DNA from: Patescibacteria group bacterium
Lineage (GTDB): Bacteria; Patescibacteriota; Minisyncoccia; Phycocordibacterales; Phycocordibacteraceae
Reading direction: 5' to 3'
DNA: 64,000 nt
NCBI GenBank assembly: GCA_040388985.1
Contig: JAZKAU010000001.1
Location: forward strand, 123,359 to 187,358
Under the pieces are notes generated by a model, which saw only the letters and a program-made list of their open reading frames with translations, was not told where the DNA came from and made no database searches. Positions 1 to 8,319 of the stretch are shown here, one piece after another. Made by a program: the position numbers and the translations under genes. Each line of letters opens with the position of its first letter. Position 1 is the stretch's first letter.

Positions 1-474
1 CTGAAGCTTTTTGAGGAACCGCCAGAGGGTGTCACGCTCATACTGGTCATTCCGTCGGCTGGGCTACTGCTCCCGACACTTCGTTCACGACTGCTGGACT
101 TGCCGGAAGGAGATGGAGGAACCGAGAGTCGCAAGTCGGAGGTTTCAGGAATCGCGCAGCGATTTCTGACTGCGGATGAAGACGAGCGCGAGAAGCTTAT
201 CGCAAAGCTGCTCGAACAAGCGAAGTCTGATAAGGATGAGACGAAGCAGCAAGCGCGCAGTAACGCTGTTTCGCTTATCGAAGGGCTCATGGTTGCCGCA
301 TATGCGCAGCTGGGGAGAGAGAACGACCCGGAAGAGAAGGAAGATCTGCGACTTTTCCTCGATGACCTCTCTGCCTTTCTTCCCATTCTCCACGCGCGCT
401 CCGCTCCGCTAAAGCTCATATTCGAGCATCTTCTTCTGGTTATCCCCAGAACCCTGACCCTGACCAAAGTTTGA
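1..474 (+). CDS. holB: DNA polymerase III delta-prime-like clamp loader subunit, 5'-truncated by the window edge
   Basis: Frame 1 is open from base 1 and reads LKLFEEPPEGVTLILVIPSAGLLLPTLRSR, matching the LKxLEEPP...LLPTIxSR motifs of HolB/DnaX. Confidence 0.7.
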   Translation: MKLFEEPPEGVTLILVIPSAGLLLPTLRSRLLDLPEGDGGTESRKSEVSGIAQRFLTADEDEREKLIAKLLEQAKSDKDETKQQARSNAVSLIEGLMVAAYAQLGRENDPEEKEDLRLFLDDLSAFLPILHARSAPLKLIFEHLLLVIPRTLTLTKV

Positions 475-517
475 CTCTTTTAGAGGCATCTGGTATAAAG
501 TAGTTATTACCTTATAT

Positions 518-1636
518 ATGGCCGTAAAAACAACCAAATCCAAGTCGGTAGGCAAGAAGGCTCCGGTGAAGAAGGGCGTTAAAAAGCGCTCCACTACCAA
601 GCCGACGCTTACTAAGATGAGCTTTGACAGCAACAGTCTCGTCAAACATCTCCTCGCAGAAGTGCCCGATCGGGCGCGTGAAGTGCTTACCTACCGCTTC
701 GGCCTGGGAACGTCCGCTGAGCGCGAGACGCTCGAAGCCATCGGCGAGCGCTGGGGCATCACGCGCGAGCGCGTACGTCAGATAGAAGCGGCCGGCCTCG
801 AAGCTATCCGTAATTCCAAGGCCTTCAAGAATGCAAAGACCTCCTTCGACGAACTCTGCACTCATATGCACGCTCTCGGCGTCGTTATCGAAGAGGAAGA
901 GCTCCTGAACGGGCTTGCCACCGATGAGAAGGCTCGCAATCGTTTCCGCTTCCTCCTGGTTGTGGGGAGCAGCTTCTTCCGCGAACGCGAGACTGATGAC
1001 TTCTATGCGCGCTGGCACGTAGACGCGAAGACCGCGGACATCGTCCACGAAGCGCTTACGCGTCTCTATGCAGGACTCTCCGATACGGAAGTACTCGCCG
1101 AAGGCGAGATGATGGACCGTTTCCTCGATGAGCTTAAGGGCATTAATGACGCATACAAGAATGAGGAGGTACTCAAGCGCTGGCTCTCGCTCTCCAAGGT
1201 CATCTCGTCCAATCCGCTTTCGGAATGGGGTAAGGCGCAGGCGCCTGCAATCCGCACGAAGGGAATCCGAGACTACGCCTACCTCGTCATCAAGCGCGCG
1301 GGCGTGCCGATGCACTTCTCGGATGTCGCCAAGGCTATCGGCCAGCTTTTTGCCAAGGAAGCGCATGTCGCGACGACTCACAACGAGCTCATCAAGGACT
1401 CTCGCTTCGTGCTCGTAGGACGCGGTCTCTACGCGCTTTCTGAATGGGGCTTCTCTCCAGGCGTTGTTCGCGATGTCGTTCGCGACGTACTCGCTAAGGG
1501 CGGACCGCTTACGCGTGAGAAGGTCATCGAGGAAGTGAAGAAGGTCCGATACGTGAAGGACAACACCATCCTCGTGAATCTCAACGACCCGAAGCATTTC
1601 AAACGGAACAAGAACGGAACATACACTCTGGTGTAG
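518..1636 (+). CDS. Sigma70 region-4 HTH protein fused to C-terminal winged-HTH (HARE/RNAP delta-like) domains
   Basis: REVLTYRFGL...ETLEAIGERWGITRERVRQIE is a classic sigma70 r4 motif. No sigma region 2 is visible. The C-terminus contains PMHFSDVA...TTHNELIKDSRFVLVGRGLYAL. Confidence 0.8.
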   Translation: MAVKTTKSKSVGKKAPVKKGVKKRSTTKPTLTKMSFDSNSLVKHLLAEVPDRAREVLTYRFGLGTSAERETLEAIGERWGITRERVRQIEAAGLEAIRNSKAFKNAKTSFDELCTHMHALGVVIEEEELLNGLATDEKARNRFRFLLVVGSSFFRERETDDFYARWHVDAKTADIVHEALTRLYAGLSDTEVLAEGEMMDRFLDELKGINDAYKNEEVLKRWLSLSKVISSNPLSEWGKAQAPAIRTKGIRDYAYLVIKRAGVPMHFSDVAKAIGQLFAKEAHVATTHNELIKDSRFVLVGRGLYALSEWGFSPGVVRDVVRDVLAKGGPLTREKVIEEVKKVRYVKDNTILVNLNDPKHFKRNKNGTYTLV

Positions 1637-1660
1637 CACTTCGCTCTACGAATACACAAG

Positions 1661-1686
1661 AAGAGCGCGCCGAAAGGCGCGCTCTT
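1661..1686. terminator. Intrinsic terminator-like hairpin
   Basis: aagagcgcgcc-gaaa-ggcgcgctctt lies just after the stop at 1636. Confidence 0.7.
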
Positions 1687-1702
1687 GTCGTATACTAAGC
1701 GC

Positions 1703-3097
1703 ATGGCAGATAGTCACGGCAAAGGGGGCTTGCCGCTCATGGGGCTGGCAGTAGCTATCCAGCACAAGCTTCACGATCAGGGCTACCACATGCGGGCGCG
1801 CCCGCTCATCATTCTTTTCACCATCCTCAACGTGGGGTTCTTATTCTGGGACCCGTATCAGACGCTCCGCAACTACGAGCTCCTCGGATTCTTCTCGCCG
1901 CTCTGGGTGCCATATATATTCGGCCGCTTCGCCTTCATCCGATTCGTACAGTCCAGGCGTGCCAATTTCATCGCGAATCAGAACTTTATCCTGCTCGAGC
2001 TGCGCATGCCACGCGACAGCAAGAAGACGCCGCTCGCGATGGAGACGATATTCTCGGCCCTGCACGTGACCTCGGGAGAGACGACCTGGTGGAAGAAATA
2101 CATCCTCGGGAACCTGCGTCCTTGGTTCTCGTTCGAGATAGTATCGCTCGGCGGCCGCATCCACTTCTATGTATGGCTGCGCGAAGGCTGGCGGCGCAGC
2201 CTTGAGAGCTTCTTCTACGGACAGTATCCGGATATGGAGATAATCGAAGCTGAAGACTATAGCCGACTCGTGGATCCTGTGGCTCCGGGCTGGAGCAGAT
2301 TCGGCAACGAGTTCGCCCATACAAAGGTCGATCCATATCCCATAAAGACATACGTCGACTATGGGCTTGATAAGGCAGGCGCAGAGCCTGAGGAAATAAC
2401 CGACCCGATGGCTCAGCTCATCGAATTCCTGGGCTCCATAGGTCCGAAAGAACAGCTCTGGCTCCAATTCATCATCCGACAGACCGGAGGTGAGAAATAC
2501 GAAGGAATGGTGAACAAGGAGGGAAAGCCGTATACGTGGAGAGACGAAGCCACTGCGGAGATAGATAAGCTGCGCGCAGCAACGGTGCGCATCATGAAGA
2601 GGACCGATCCTACGACGGGTCAGACGATAGAATCCGAAGGCTTCCCGAATCCTTCCAAGGGCCAGTCGGAGATGATAAACGCAATCGAGCGCAACATCAG
2701 CAAGCAGGGATTCGATGTCGGCATCCGCTCTATATACACCGCACCCGACGACTCATTCCAAGGAAGCATGATCACTCCTATCCTTCACTCGATGTTCAAG
2801 CCGTTTAATAACGAGAGCTATAACGGCATCAAGCTTCTCGCGAAGTTCTCCGCAGGCTTCAACGACTATCCGTGGGAGGATGTCGGCATGCATCACCGGC
2901 ACCATCTGGAGGAGCTCCTCGTTGAGTTTTACCGTAGGCGCTGTTACTTCCATCCGCCGTACGTCGGTCCCTGGATGGTCATGAGCAGCGAGGAACTCGC
3001 GACCATCTACCACGTGCCGGGTGCCCATATCGCGACCCCGAGCCTGCCGCGTATCCAGTCGGCCACGAGCGGCGCGCCGTCAAACCTTCCGACATAG
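1703..3097 (+). CDS. Conserved hypothetical membrane protein (CPR-type, N-terminal TM helices)
   Basis: 464 aa ORF with two N-terminal hydrophobic segments, FSFEIVS and EELATIYHVP motifs, and a -10 box TATACT 6 nt before ATG 1703. Confidence 0.75.
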   Translation: MADSHGKGGLPLMGLAVAIQHKLHDQGYHMRARPLIILFTILNVGFLFWDPYQTLRNYELLGFFSPLWVPYIFGRFAFIRFVQSRRANFIANQNFILLELRMPRDSKKTPLAMETIFSALHVTSGETTWWKKYILGNLRPWFSFEIVSLGGRIHFYVWLREGWRRSLESFFYGQYPDMEIIEAEDYSRLVDPVAPGWSRFGNEFAHTKVDPYPIKTYVDYGLDKAGAEPEEITDPMAQLIEFLGSIGPKEQLWLQFIIRQTGGEKYEGMVNKEGKPYTWRDEATAEIDKLRAATVRIMKRTDPTTGQTIESEGFPNPSKGQSEMINAIERNISKQGFDVGIRSIYTAPDDSFQGSMITPILHSMFKPFNNESYNGIKLLAKFSAGFNDYPWEDVGMHHRHHLEELLVEFYRRRCYFHPPYVGPWMVMSSEELATIYHVPGAHIATPSLPRIQSATSGAPSNLPT

Positions 3098-3101
3098 CGA
3101 T

Positions 3102-4097
3102 ATGGGGCTTCATTTCCTTAAACCGTATATCGCGGGCCTGCGCGCGCTATCCTATAGCAGACGCCTGATTGTCGTCGGTCTTCTTCTCTTTACGCTCATT
3201 ACGTTCGGCGTCGCCTGGAGGTTCTCAGCGCCGCCCGCATTCCCGACCGACGCGCTCATCACCATCCCCGCTGACTCCTCCGCACGCGACTTCGCGCGGA
3301 TACTCAAGTCGGACGGTGTCATCCGTTCATCGTCTGCCTTCCTGATTCTCGCGCGGATAAGCGGACTTGATCATAGCCTTGACCCGGGCACGTATGTCTT
3401 CAAAGAACCGATGAACGTGACCGGCATCGTCTCGTATATCGGCCATGGCCGGCACGGCATAAGTCCCGCGCGCGTTACGCTAACTGAGGGCATGACGACG
3501 AGCGACATCGCAATAACGCTCGACGAGAACGTACCAGGTTTCGACAAGCCAGCCTTTCTCACAGCCGCCTCAACCAGCGAGGGGTACCTCTTTCCGGACA
3601 CCTATTTCTTTATGCCCGGCGAGAGCCCGGACGACGTCGTGGTGCGACTTCGTTCGCGCTTCAGCGAGCAGATAGCGACCATAACGCCTGAGATCCTAGC
3701 TTCTCCGCACTCCTTCAGCGACGTCGTCATCATGGCTTCAATTCTCGAACGGGAGGCGAAGACGCTTACCGATAAGCGCATGGTCGCCGGCATTCTCTGG
3801 AATCGCATACGCAAAGGCCTTCCGCTTCAGGTTGATGCTGCCTTCGGCTATATCCACGATGAGAACGGCTATACGCCGACTGCTCTCGACCTGCAGTCGG
3901 ACTCCCCCTACAACACCTACAGGAATAAGGGGCTGCCGCCCGGCCCTATCTCAAATCCTGGGCTTGAATCTCTCCTTGCTGCCGTGACGCCGACCAAGAC
4001 CGATGATCTCTACTATCTGACCGGGCGCGACGGTCTCATGCATTACGCTAAGACATTCGAAGAGCATAAGAAGAATCGCGCGCTCTATCTCGATTAG
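3102..4097 (+). CDS. mltG: Endolytic transglycosylase MltG (YceG family)
   Basis: N-terminal TM helix; EGYLFPDTY, ASILERE, LQVDA and SPYNTYRNKGLPPGPISNPG motifs. Confidence 0.95.
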   Translation: MGLHFLKPYIAGLRALSYSRRLIVVGLLLFTLITFGVAWRFSAPPAFPTDALITIPADSSARDFARILKSDGVIRSSSAFLILARISGLDHSLDPGTYVFKEPMNVTGIVSYIGHGRHGISPARVTLTEGMTTSDIAITLDENVPGFDKPAFLTAASTSEGYLFPDTYFFMPGESPDDVVVRLRSRFSEQIATITPEILASPHSFSDVVIMASILEREAKTLTDKRMVAGILWNRIRKGLPLQVDAAFGYIHDENGYTPTALDLQSDSPYNTYRNKGLPPGPISNPGLESLLAAVTPTKTDDLYYLTGRDGLMHYAKTFEEHKKNRALYLD

Positions 4098-4140
4098 TCT
4101 GCGGCTTTCTCCTTCACTTAGAGACGAGTATAGTGTCGTC

Positions 4141-5328
4141 ATGAATTTGAGTTTTAGCAGCCGTCCTAAGAGGCTTCTGAAAAACCCGATATACAAGGCG
4201 GAGCAGAACGAGGACTCGAGTCGTACTCAGGCGTACGATGAAAGTCCGAGTGATAGCGACAACGCAGTAGATCGGGGAATTTCAGGAGTCTCTGGCAAAA
4301 GGGTGTTCGTGGGACTTTCTGGCGGAGTCGACTCCGCCGTATCTGCAGCACTCATGCAGAAGGCAGGCGCAGCCGTTACCGGCGTATTCATCAAGGGCTG
4401 GTACCCGCCCGGCATGCCGTGTACGTGGGCACAGGAGCGACGCGACGCCATGCGCGTGGCCGCCTATCTGCGTATTCCATTTCGGACACTCGACGCCTCG
4501 AAAGAATATAAGGCCGGAGTCATCGACTATCTCTTGCGCGAATACAAGGCAGGACGCACCCCCAATCCCGACATCATGTGCAACCGGGATGTGAAATTCG
4601 GCGCCTTCTATGCGTATGCGATGCAGGAGGGCGCCGATTATATCGCTACCGGCCACTACGCGGAGATACGGCGTGACGAGAAGGGTGTGCATCTCCTGCG
4701 CGGTGCGGACGCCACGAAAGATCAGAGCTACTTCCTCTGGGCCGTACCGAAGGAAACGCTTGCGCAGACGCTTTTCCCTGTGGGCGGCATGCCAAAGGCC
4801 TCAGTGCGCGCGCAAGCGCGCGCACTGCGACTCCCGAACGCTGCCAAGCCTGACAGTCAGGGCATATGTTTCCTCGGCACGGTTTCCGTAGAGGATTTCT
4901 TGCGAAAGGAATTCGGAAGTACGCCCGGCAAGGCACTTAGCGTGGACGGAACGGAAGTTGGTACCCATGACGGCGTCGTACTTCGCACGCTCGGCGAGCG
5001 CGTGGCTCTGGCTGACGCTCCCCCCGGACCCTGGTACGTTCTGCGCAAGGATATGGAGACGAATACTTTGACCGTATCCCATGACAGAGAAGAGGAATCC
5101 GCAGAGGCTAAGCAATCGATCCAACTTCTTGATTCGAATTTCTTTACCGAGCCCAGGCCCGATATGCCACTTGAAGCGCAGTATCGCTATCACGGTCCGC
5201 GCATATCAGGAACGTTCGTGAACGGAGTCTTCACTGCCTCCGTGCCGCTTAGAGAGGCGGTTGCGAGCGGCCAGTCTCTTGTCCTCTATCTAGGGGAAGA
5301 ATGTATCGGGGGTGGTAGTATTAAGTGA
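4141..5328 (+). CDS. mnmA: tRNA 2-thiouridylase MnmA with an N-terminal extension encoded by a palindromic element
   Basis: SGGVDS, TPNPDIMCN, IATGHYA, KDQSYFL and DSQGICF motifs. TATAGT lies 6 nt before ATG 4141. Confidence 0.95.
   Translation: MNLSFSSRPKRLLKNPIYKAEQNEDSSRTQAYDESPSDSDNAVDRGISGVSGKRVFVGLSGGVDSAVSAALMQKAGAAVTGVFIKGWYPPGMPCTWAQERRDAMRVAAYLRIPFRTLDASKEYKAGVIDYLLREYKAGRTPNPDIMCNRDVKFGAFYAYAMQEGADYIATGHYAEIRRDEKGVHLLRGADATKDQSYFLWAVPKETLAQTLFPVGGMPKASVRAQARALRLPNAAKPDSQGICFLGTVSVEDFLRKEFGSTPGKALSVDGTEVGTHDGVVLRTLGERVALADAPPGPWYVLRKDMETNTLTVSHDREEESAEAKQSIQLLDSNFFTEPRPDMPLEAQYRYHGPRISGTFVNGVFTASVPLREAVASGQSLVLYLGEECIGGGSIK
4169..4293 (+). repeat. Palindromic element family A, copy 1 (in frame within mnmA)
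   Basis: Imperfect terminal IR aggcttctgaaa.../...tttcaggagtct, central cgtac-tcaggc-gtacg, and flanking atatacaaggcg and caacgcagtagat motifs. Confidence 0.8.
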
Positions 5329-5451
5329 GTTGGTCGAAAAGGTTCCAGATACGAGGAAGGGCAAGGAAAGATTCGGAGGCGTACGGGTTAGTACGGTGAG
5401 AATCTTGACGAAGTCCTGACAACGTAGATGGACATTTTAGGCCTGCTCACT
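5324..5451 (+). repeat. Palindromic element family A, copy 2
   Basis: Terminal IR agtgag/ctcact; internal agatacgagg...cgtac-gggtta-gtacg...caacgtagat. Confidence 0.8.
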
Positions 5452-5453
5452 CT

Positions 5454-6314
5454 ATGCCTGACATCGTAAAAACAGACGGAAGTGTCGAAGCCTGGGACAG
5501 TTCGAAGCTGGTCCGCTCGCTCGTTCGCGCAGGCGCGAGCGAGACGACCGCTGAGCGCATCCGGGAAACCATCGAAGCCACCATCGCCCCTACCGAGCAG
5601 AGCTCGCAGATATACCGCAGAGCTTTCACCATGCTGCGGCAGGAAGCACGCTCGACTGCAGCGCGCTATAGCCTGCGCCGTGCGCTCTTCGAATTCGGTC
5701 CCTCGGGACATCCCTTCGAGGACTTCGTGTCCGAGCTCTTCAAGAGCGAAGGATGGGAGGTGCAGCCTCGCCAGATCCTGCAAGGGAAGTGCGTACCGCA
5801 CGAAGTGGACGTATATGCGATACGAAATGGTGAACACCTCGCGGCAGAGCTCAAGTATCACAATGATCCAGGGTATAAGACGGACGTGAAGATCGCGCTC
5901 TACGTAAAGGCGCGTATGGATGATATCTGGGCAGGGGACGGGCATGTGGCTGGTAGTAAACGAGTCGACCACGGCTTCCTCATCACGAATACGAAATTCA
6001 CCCGGCAGGCAATTGACTACGCAACCTGCTCGAGTCTCTCGCTACTGGGTTGGAGCTATCCGCATCAAGGCAATCTCTATGACCGCATCGTCGCTTCAGG
6101 ACTCTATCCCATCACCGCGCTCACGACGCTGCGCAAGGCAGAGAAGCGCCTCCTTATCGATCAGAACATCATCACGACCGAACTCCTGCGCGAACATCGG
6201 CAGGTCTTGCGCGAACTCGGCGTCTCAAGCGAGCGCGTGGGCGCCATCGTCGCCGAGATAGAGACCCTTCGCGATACGTCAAAGGACGTAATCCTCCACC
6301 ACGCGGCATCATAA
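5454..6314 (+). CDS. ATP-cone domain fused to an Mrr-like PD-(D/E)XK restriction endonuclease
   Basis: N-terminal IVKTDGSVEAWDSSKLVRSL (ATP cone), followed by FEDFV...HEVDV...AELKYH and ITNTKFT. Confidence 0.8.
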   Translation: MPDIVKTDGSVEAWDSSKLVRSLVRAGASETTAERIRETIEATIAPTEQSSQIYRRAFTMLRQEARSTAARYSLRRALFEFGPSGHPFEDFVSELFKSEGWEVQPRQILQGKCVPHEVDVYAIRNGEHLAAELKYHNDPGYKTDVKIALYVKARMDDIWAGDGHVAGSKRVDHGFLITNTKFTRQAIDYATCSSLSLLGWSYPHQGNLYDRIVASGLYPITALTTLRKAEKRLLIDQNIITTELLREHRQVLRELGVSSERVGAIVAEIETLRDTSKDVILHHAAS

Positions 6315-6326
6315 TTCTCATTACTT

Positions 6327-6477
6327 CCATGGCCCGGTATGACAACATGGCATCGTGCATTTTCGCTGGTGTACACTAGGAGCATGAGACGCGTTTTAAA
6401 CAAAGAACTTCAGCGTATGGAACTATATTGCGAAGTCACGCACACCAGCAATGCCATGTTGTCATAACCGGGTATGG
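6327..6477. repeat. ~150 bp element with long terminal inverted repeats
   Basis: tatgacaacatggcat (6338-6353) is the exact reverse complement of 6451-6466, and the match extends imperfectly to ~27 bp. Confidence 0.75.
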
Positions 6478-7250
6478 CCTTCGAATACAAACTCAAATGG
6501 GAGAAAGGTCGCTTTGATCCCAAAAGTACGGAGCCCTATACGCTCTCACGCTCGAAGGTGGAGTTCTTTCTCGAGTGCCCGCGCTGCTTCTGGCTCGAAG
6601 CACGCTACGGCATAGGCCGCCCCTCCTCTTTCCCATTCACCCTCAATAACGTCGTGGACGAGCTCTTTAAGAAGGAATTCGACATCCTACGTGCAGGAGG
6701 TAAGAAGCATCCCTTGATGGAGACCTACGGCATCGACGCCATACCTATGAAGCATGAGAAACTCGAAGAGTGGCGCGATGCCTTCAAGCGCGGCGTGAAG
6801 GCGCATCACGCGGAAAGCAACATCACGCTTCGCGGCGGCATCGACGACGTATGGCAGGCGCCGAGCGGCGCGCTCCACATCGTCGACTACAAGGCAACCG
6901 GCGGCAAGGAAGAGGTAACGCTCGACGAGGAGTGGAAGGACTCGTACAAGCGTCAGGTGGAGATCTATCAGTGGCTCTTCCGCCATAACGGCTTTACTGT
7001 TTCTCCTATCGCTTATTTCGTATACGCGAACGCTCAGAACGACAGGGAGGCCTTCGATGGCAAGCTCGAATTTGATATCACCATCCTCCCATACGAGGGC
7101 GACGACTCCTGGGTAGATGGCGCGCTTACGGACATAAAGGCCTGTCTCGTGAATGATGAGATTCCAAAGCCAGGGAAACGCTGCGAATACTGCCCGTACC
7201 GCGAATATGCCGGCAAGAAGCTCCTCGAACTTCATAAAGCCAAGAAGTGA
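6474..7250 (+). CDS. PD-(D/E)XK nuclease superfamily protein (RecB/Cas4-like, Cys-bracketed)
   Basis: LSRSK...ECPRCF, GGIDD...IVDYK, QVEIY and C-terminal CEYCPY. Confidence 0.85.
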   Translation: MAFEYKLKWEKGRFDPKSTEPYTLSRSKVEFFLECPRCFWLEARYGIGRPSSFPFTLNNVVDELFKKEFDILRAGGKKHPLMETYGIDAIPMKHEKLEEWRDAFKRGVKAHHAESNITLRGGIDDVWQAPSGALHIVDYKATGGKEEVTLDEEWKDSYKRQVEIYQWLFRHNGFTVSPIAYFVYANAQNDREAFDGKLEFDITILPYEGDDSWVDGALTDIKACLVNDEIPKPGKRCEYCPYREYAGKKLLELHKAKK

Positions 7251-7337
7251 TTTATATTCTTTTATCCCCATCGAACACAGCTTGACAACTTTACATATTG
7301 AAGTATTGTTATATAGGGAACCATGGGAGGCAAGACT

Positions 7338-7571
7338 ATGTTCCGGAAACTCCTACTTGTAGCAGGGATATCGGTTTGCGCAAGCAGTACGTTGATTATG
7401 ACGTACACGCTGTGGACCGTTACTCCTCCGTCTCCGTTTCCGCTCTCACAAGCGAAAGCGGAGCAGACATGCCCGCGCAACAGTGCTGAACTGACGACTG
7501 CTCACGACTCGAGCGGATCCTATCAGGTCTACATCTGTGGCGACGGCAGCAGAATCGACGCGTTCGAATGA
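7338..7571 (+). CDS. Small orphan secreted/membrane-anchored protein (cassette)
   Basis: TTGACA at 7282 and TATTGT at 7304, SD gggagg, hydrophobic N-terminus, a Cys pair, and a GC hairpin after the stop. Confidence 0.6.
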   Translation: MFRKLLLVAGISVCASSTLIMTYTLWTVTPPSPFPLSQAKAEQTCPRNSAELTTAHDSSGSYQVYICGDGSRIDAFE

Positions 7572-7635
7572 CGTCGAAGAAAGAGAGGGCGGTCCGCGAT
7601 GCGGTCCGCCCCTCCTTTATTGGTATACTTTTTAT

Positions 7636-8310
7636 ATGGATGTGAAGCTAGAGCCATCATGGAAGAAGGCGCTTGAAAGCGAATTCGGGGAGAAATATTT
7701 TCAAGAGCTGACTAATTTTGTAAAGCAAGAGTATCTGGAAGCGAAGGTGTATCCGAAGCCTGCGAACATTTTCAAGGCCTTCGAACTGACGCCCTTTGAT
7801 AAAGTTAAGGTAGTTATCCTCGGCCAGGATCCGTATCACGGTCCCAAACAGGCCATCGGCCTATCGTTCGCGGTAGAGAGCGATATGCCGCTCCCGCCGT
7901 CGCTTCGTAATATCTATAAGGAACTCCAGAACGATCTCGGAAAGCCGCTCGTACATACTGACGGCGACTTATCCCGATGGGCCAAGCAGGGCGTATTACT
8001 CCTTAACGCGACGCTTACCGTGAGGGCCAGCAGCGCCGGCTCGCACCAAGGAAAGGGTTGGGAACGGTTCACCGATGCTGCCATCAAGGCGCTCTCAGAT
8101 TCGCGCGAGCATCTCGTATTCATACTCTGGGGAAACTATGCGAGACAGAAGGCAGGCGCCGGCCTTATCGACCGCAACAAGCATCTGGTGATCGAGTCTG
8201 CGCACCCGTCGCCCTTCAGTGCCGCTAACGGCTTCTTCGGCAGCAAGCCGTTCAGCAGAGCAAACGAGTATCTAGAGGAGCACGAAGAGAAGCCTATAGA
8301 CTGGCTCTAA
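7636..8310 (+). CDS. ung: Uracil-DNA glycosylase family 1
   Basis: GQDPYH, PPSLRNI, GVLLLN and HPSPFS motifs. Confidence 0.97.
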   Translation: MDVKLEPSWKKALESEFGEKYFQELTNFVKQEYLEAKVYPKPANIFKAFELTPFDKVKVVILGQDPYHGPKQAIGLSFAVESDMPLPPSLRNIYKELQNDLGKPLVHTDGDLSRWAKQGVLLLNATLTVRASSAGSHQGKGWERFTDAAIKALSDSREHLVFILWGNYARQKAGAGLIDRNKHLVIESAHPSPFSAANGFFGSKPFSRANEYLEEHEEKPIDWL

Positions 8311-8319
8311 GCAGGTGAG

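Noticed and set aside
512-1639. Long antisense ORFs (for example 512-1639, 10289-11305, 35171-36175, 33609-34385)
   Set aside because: They are shadows of well-supported genes on the opposite strand, expected with this codon bias, and have no recognisable motifs.
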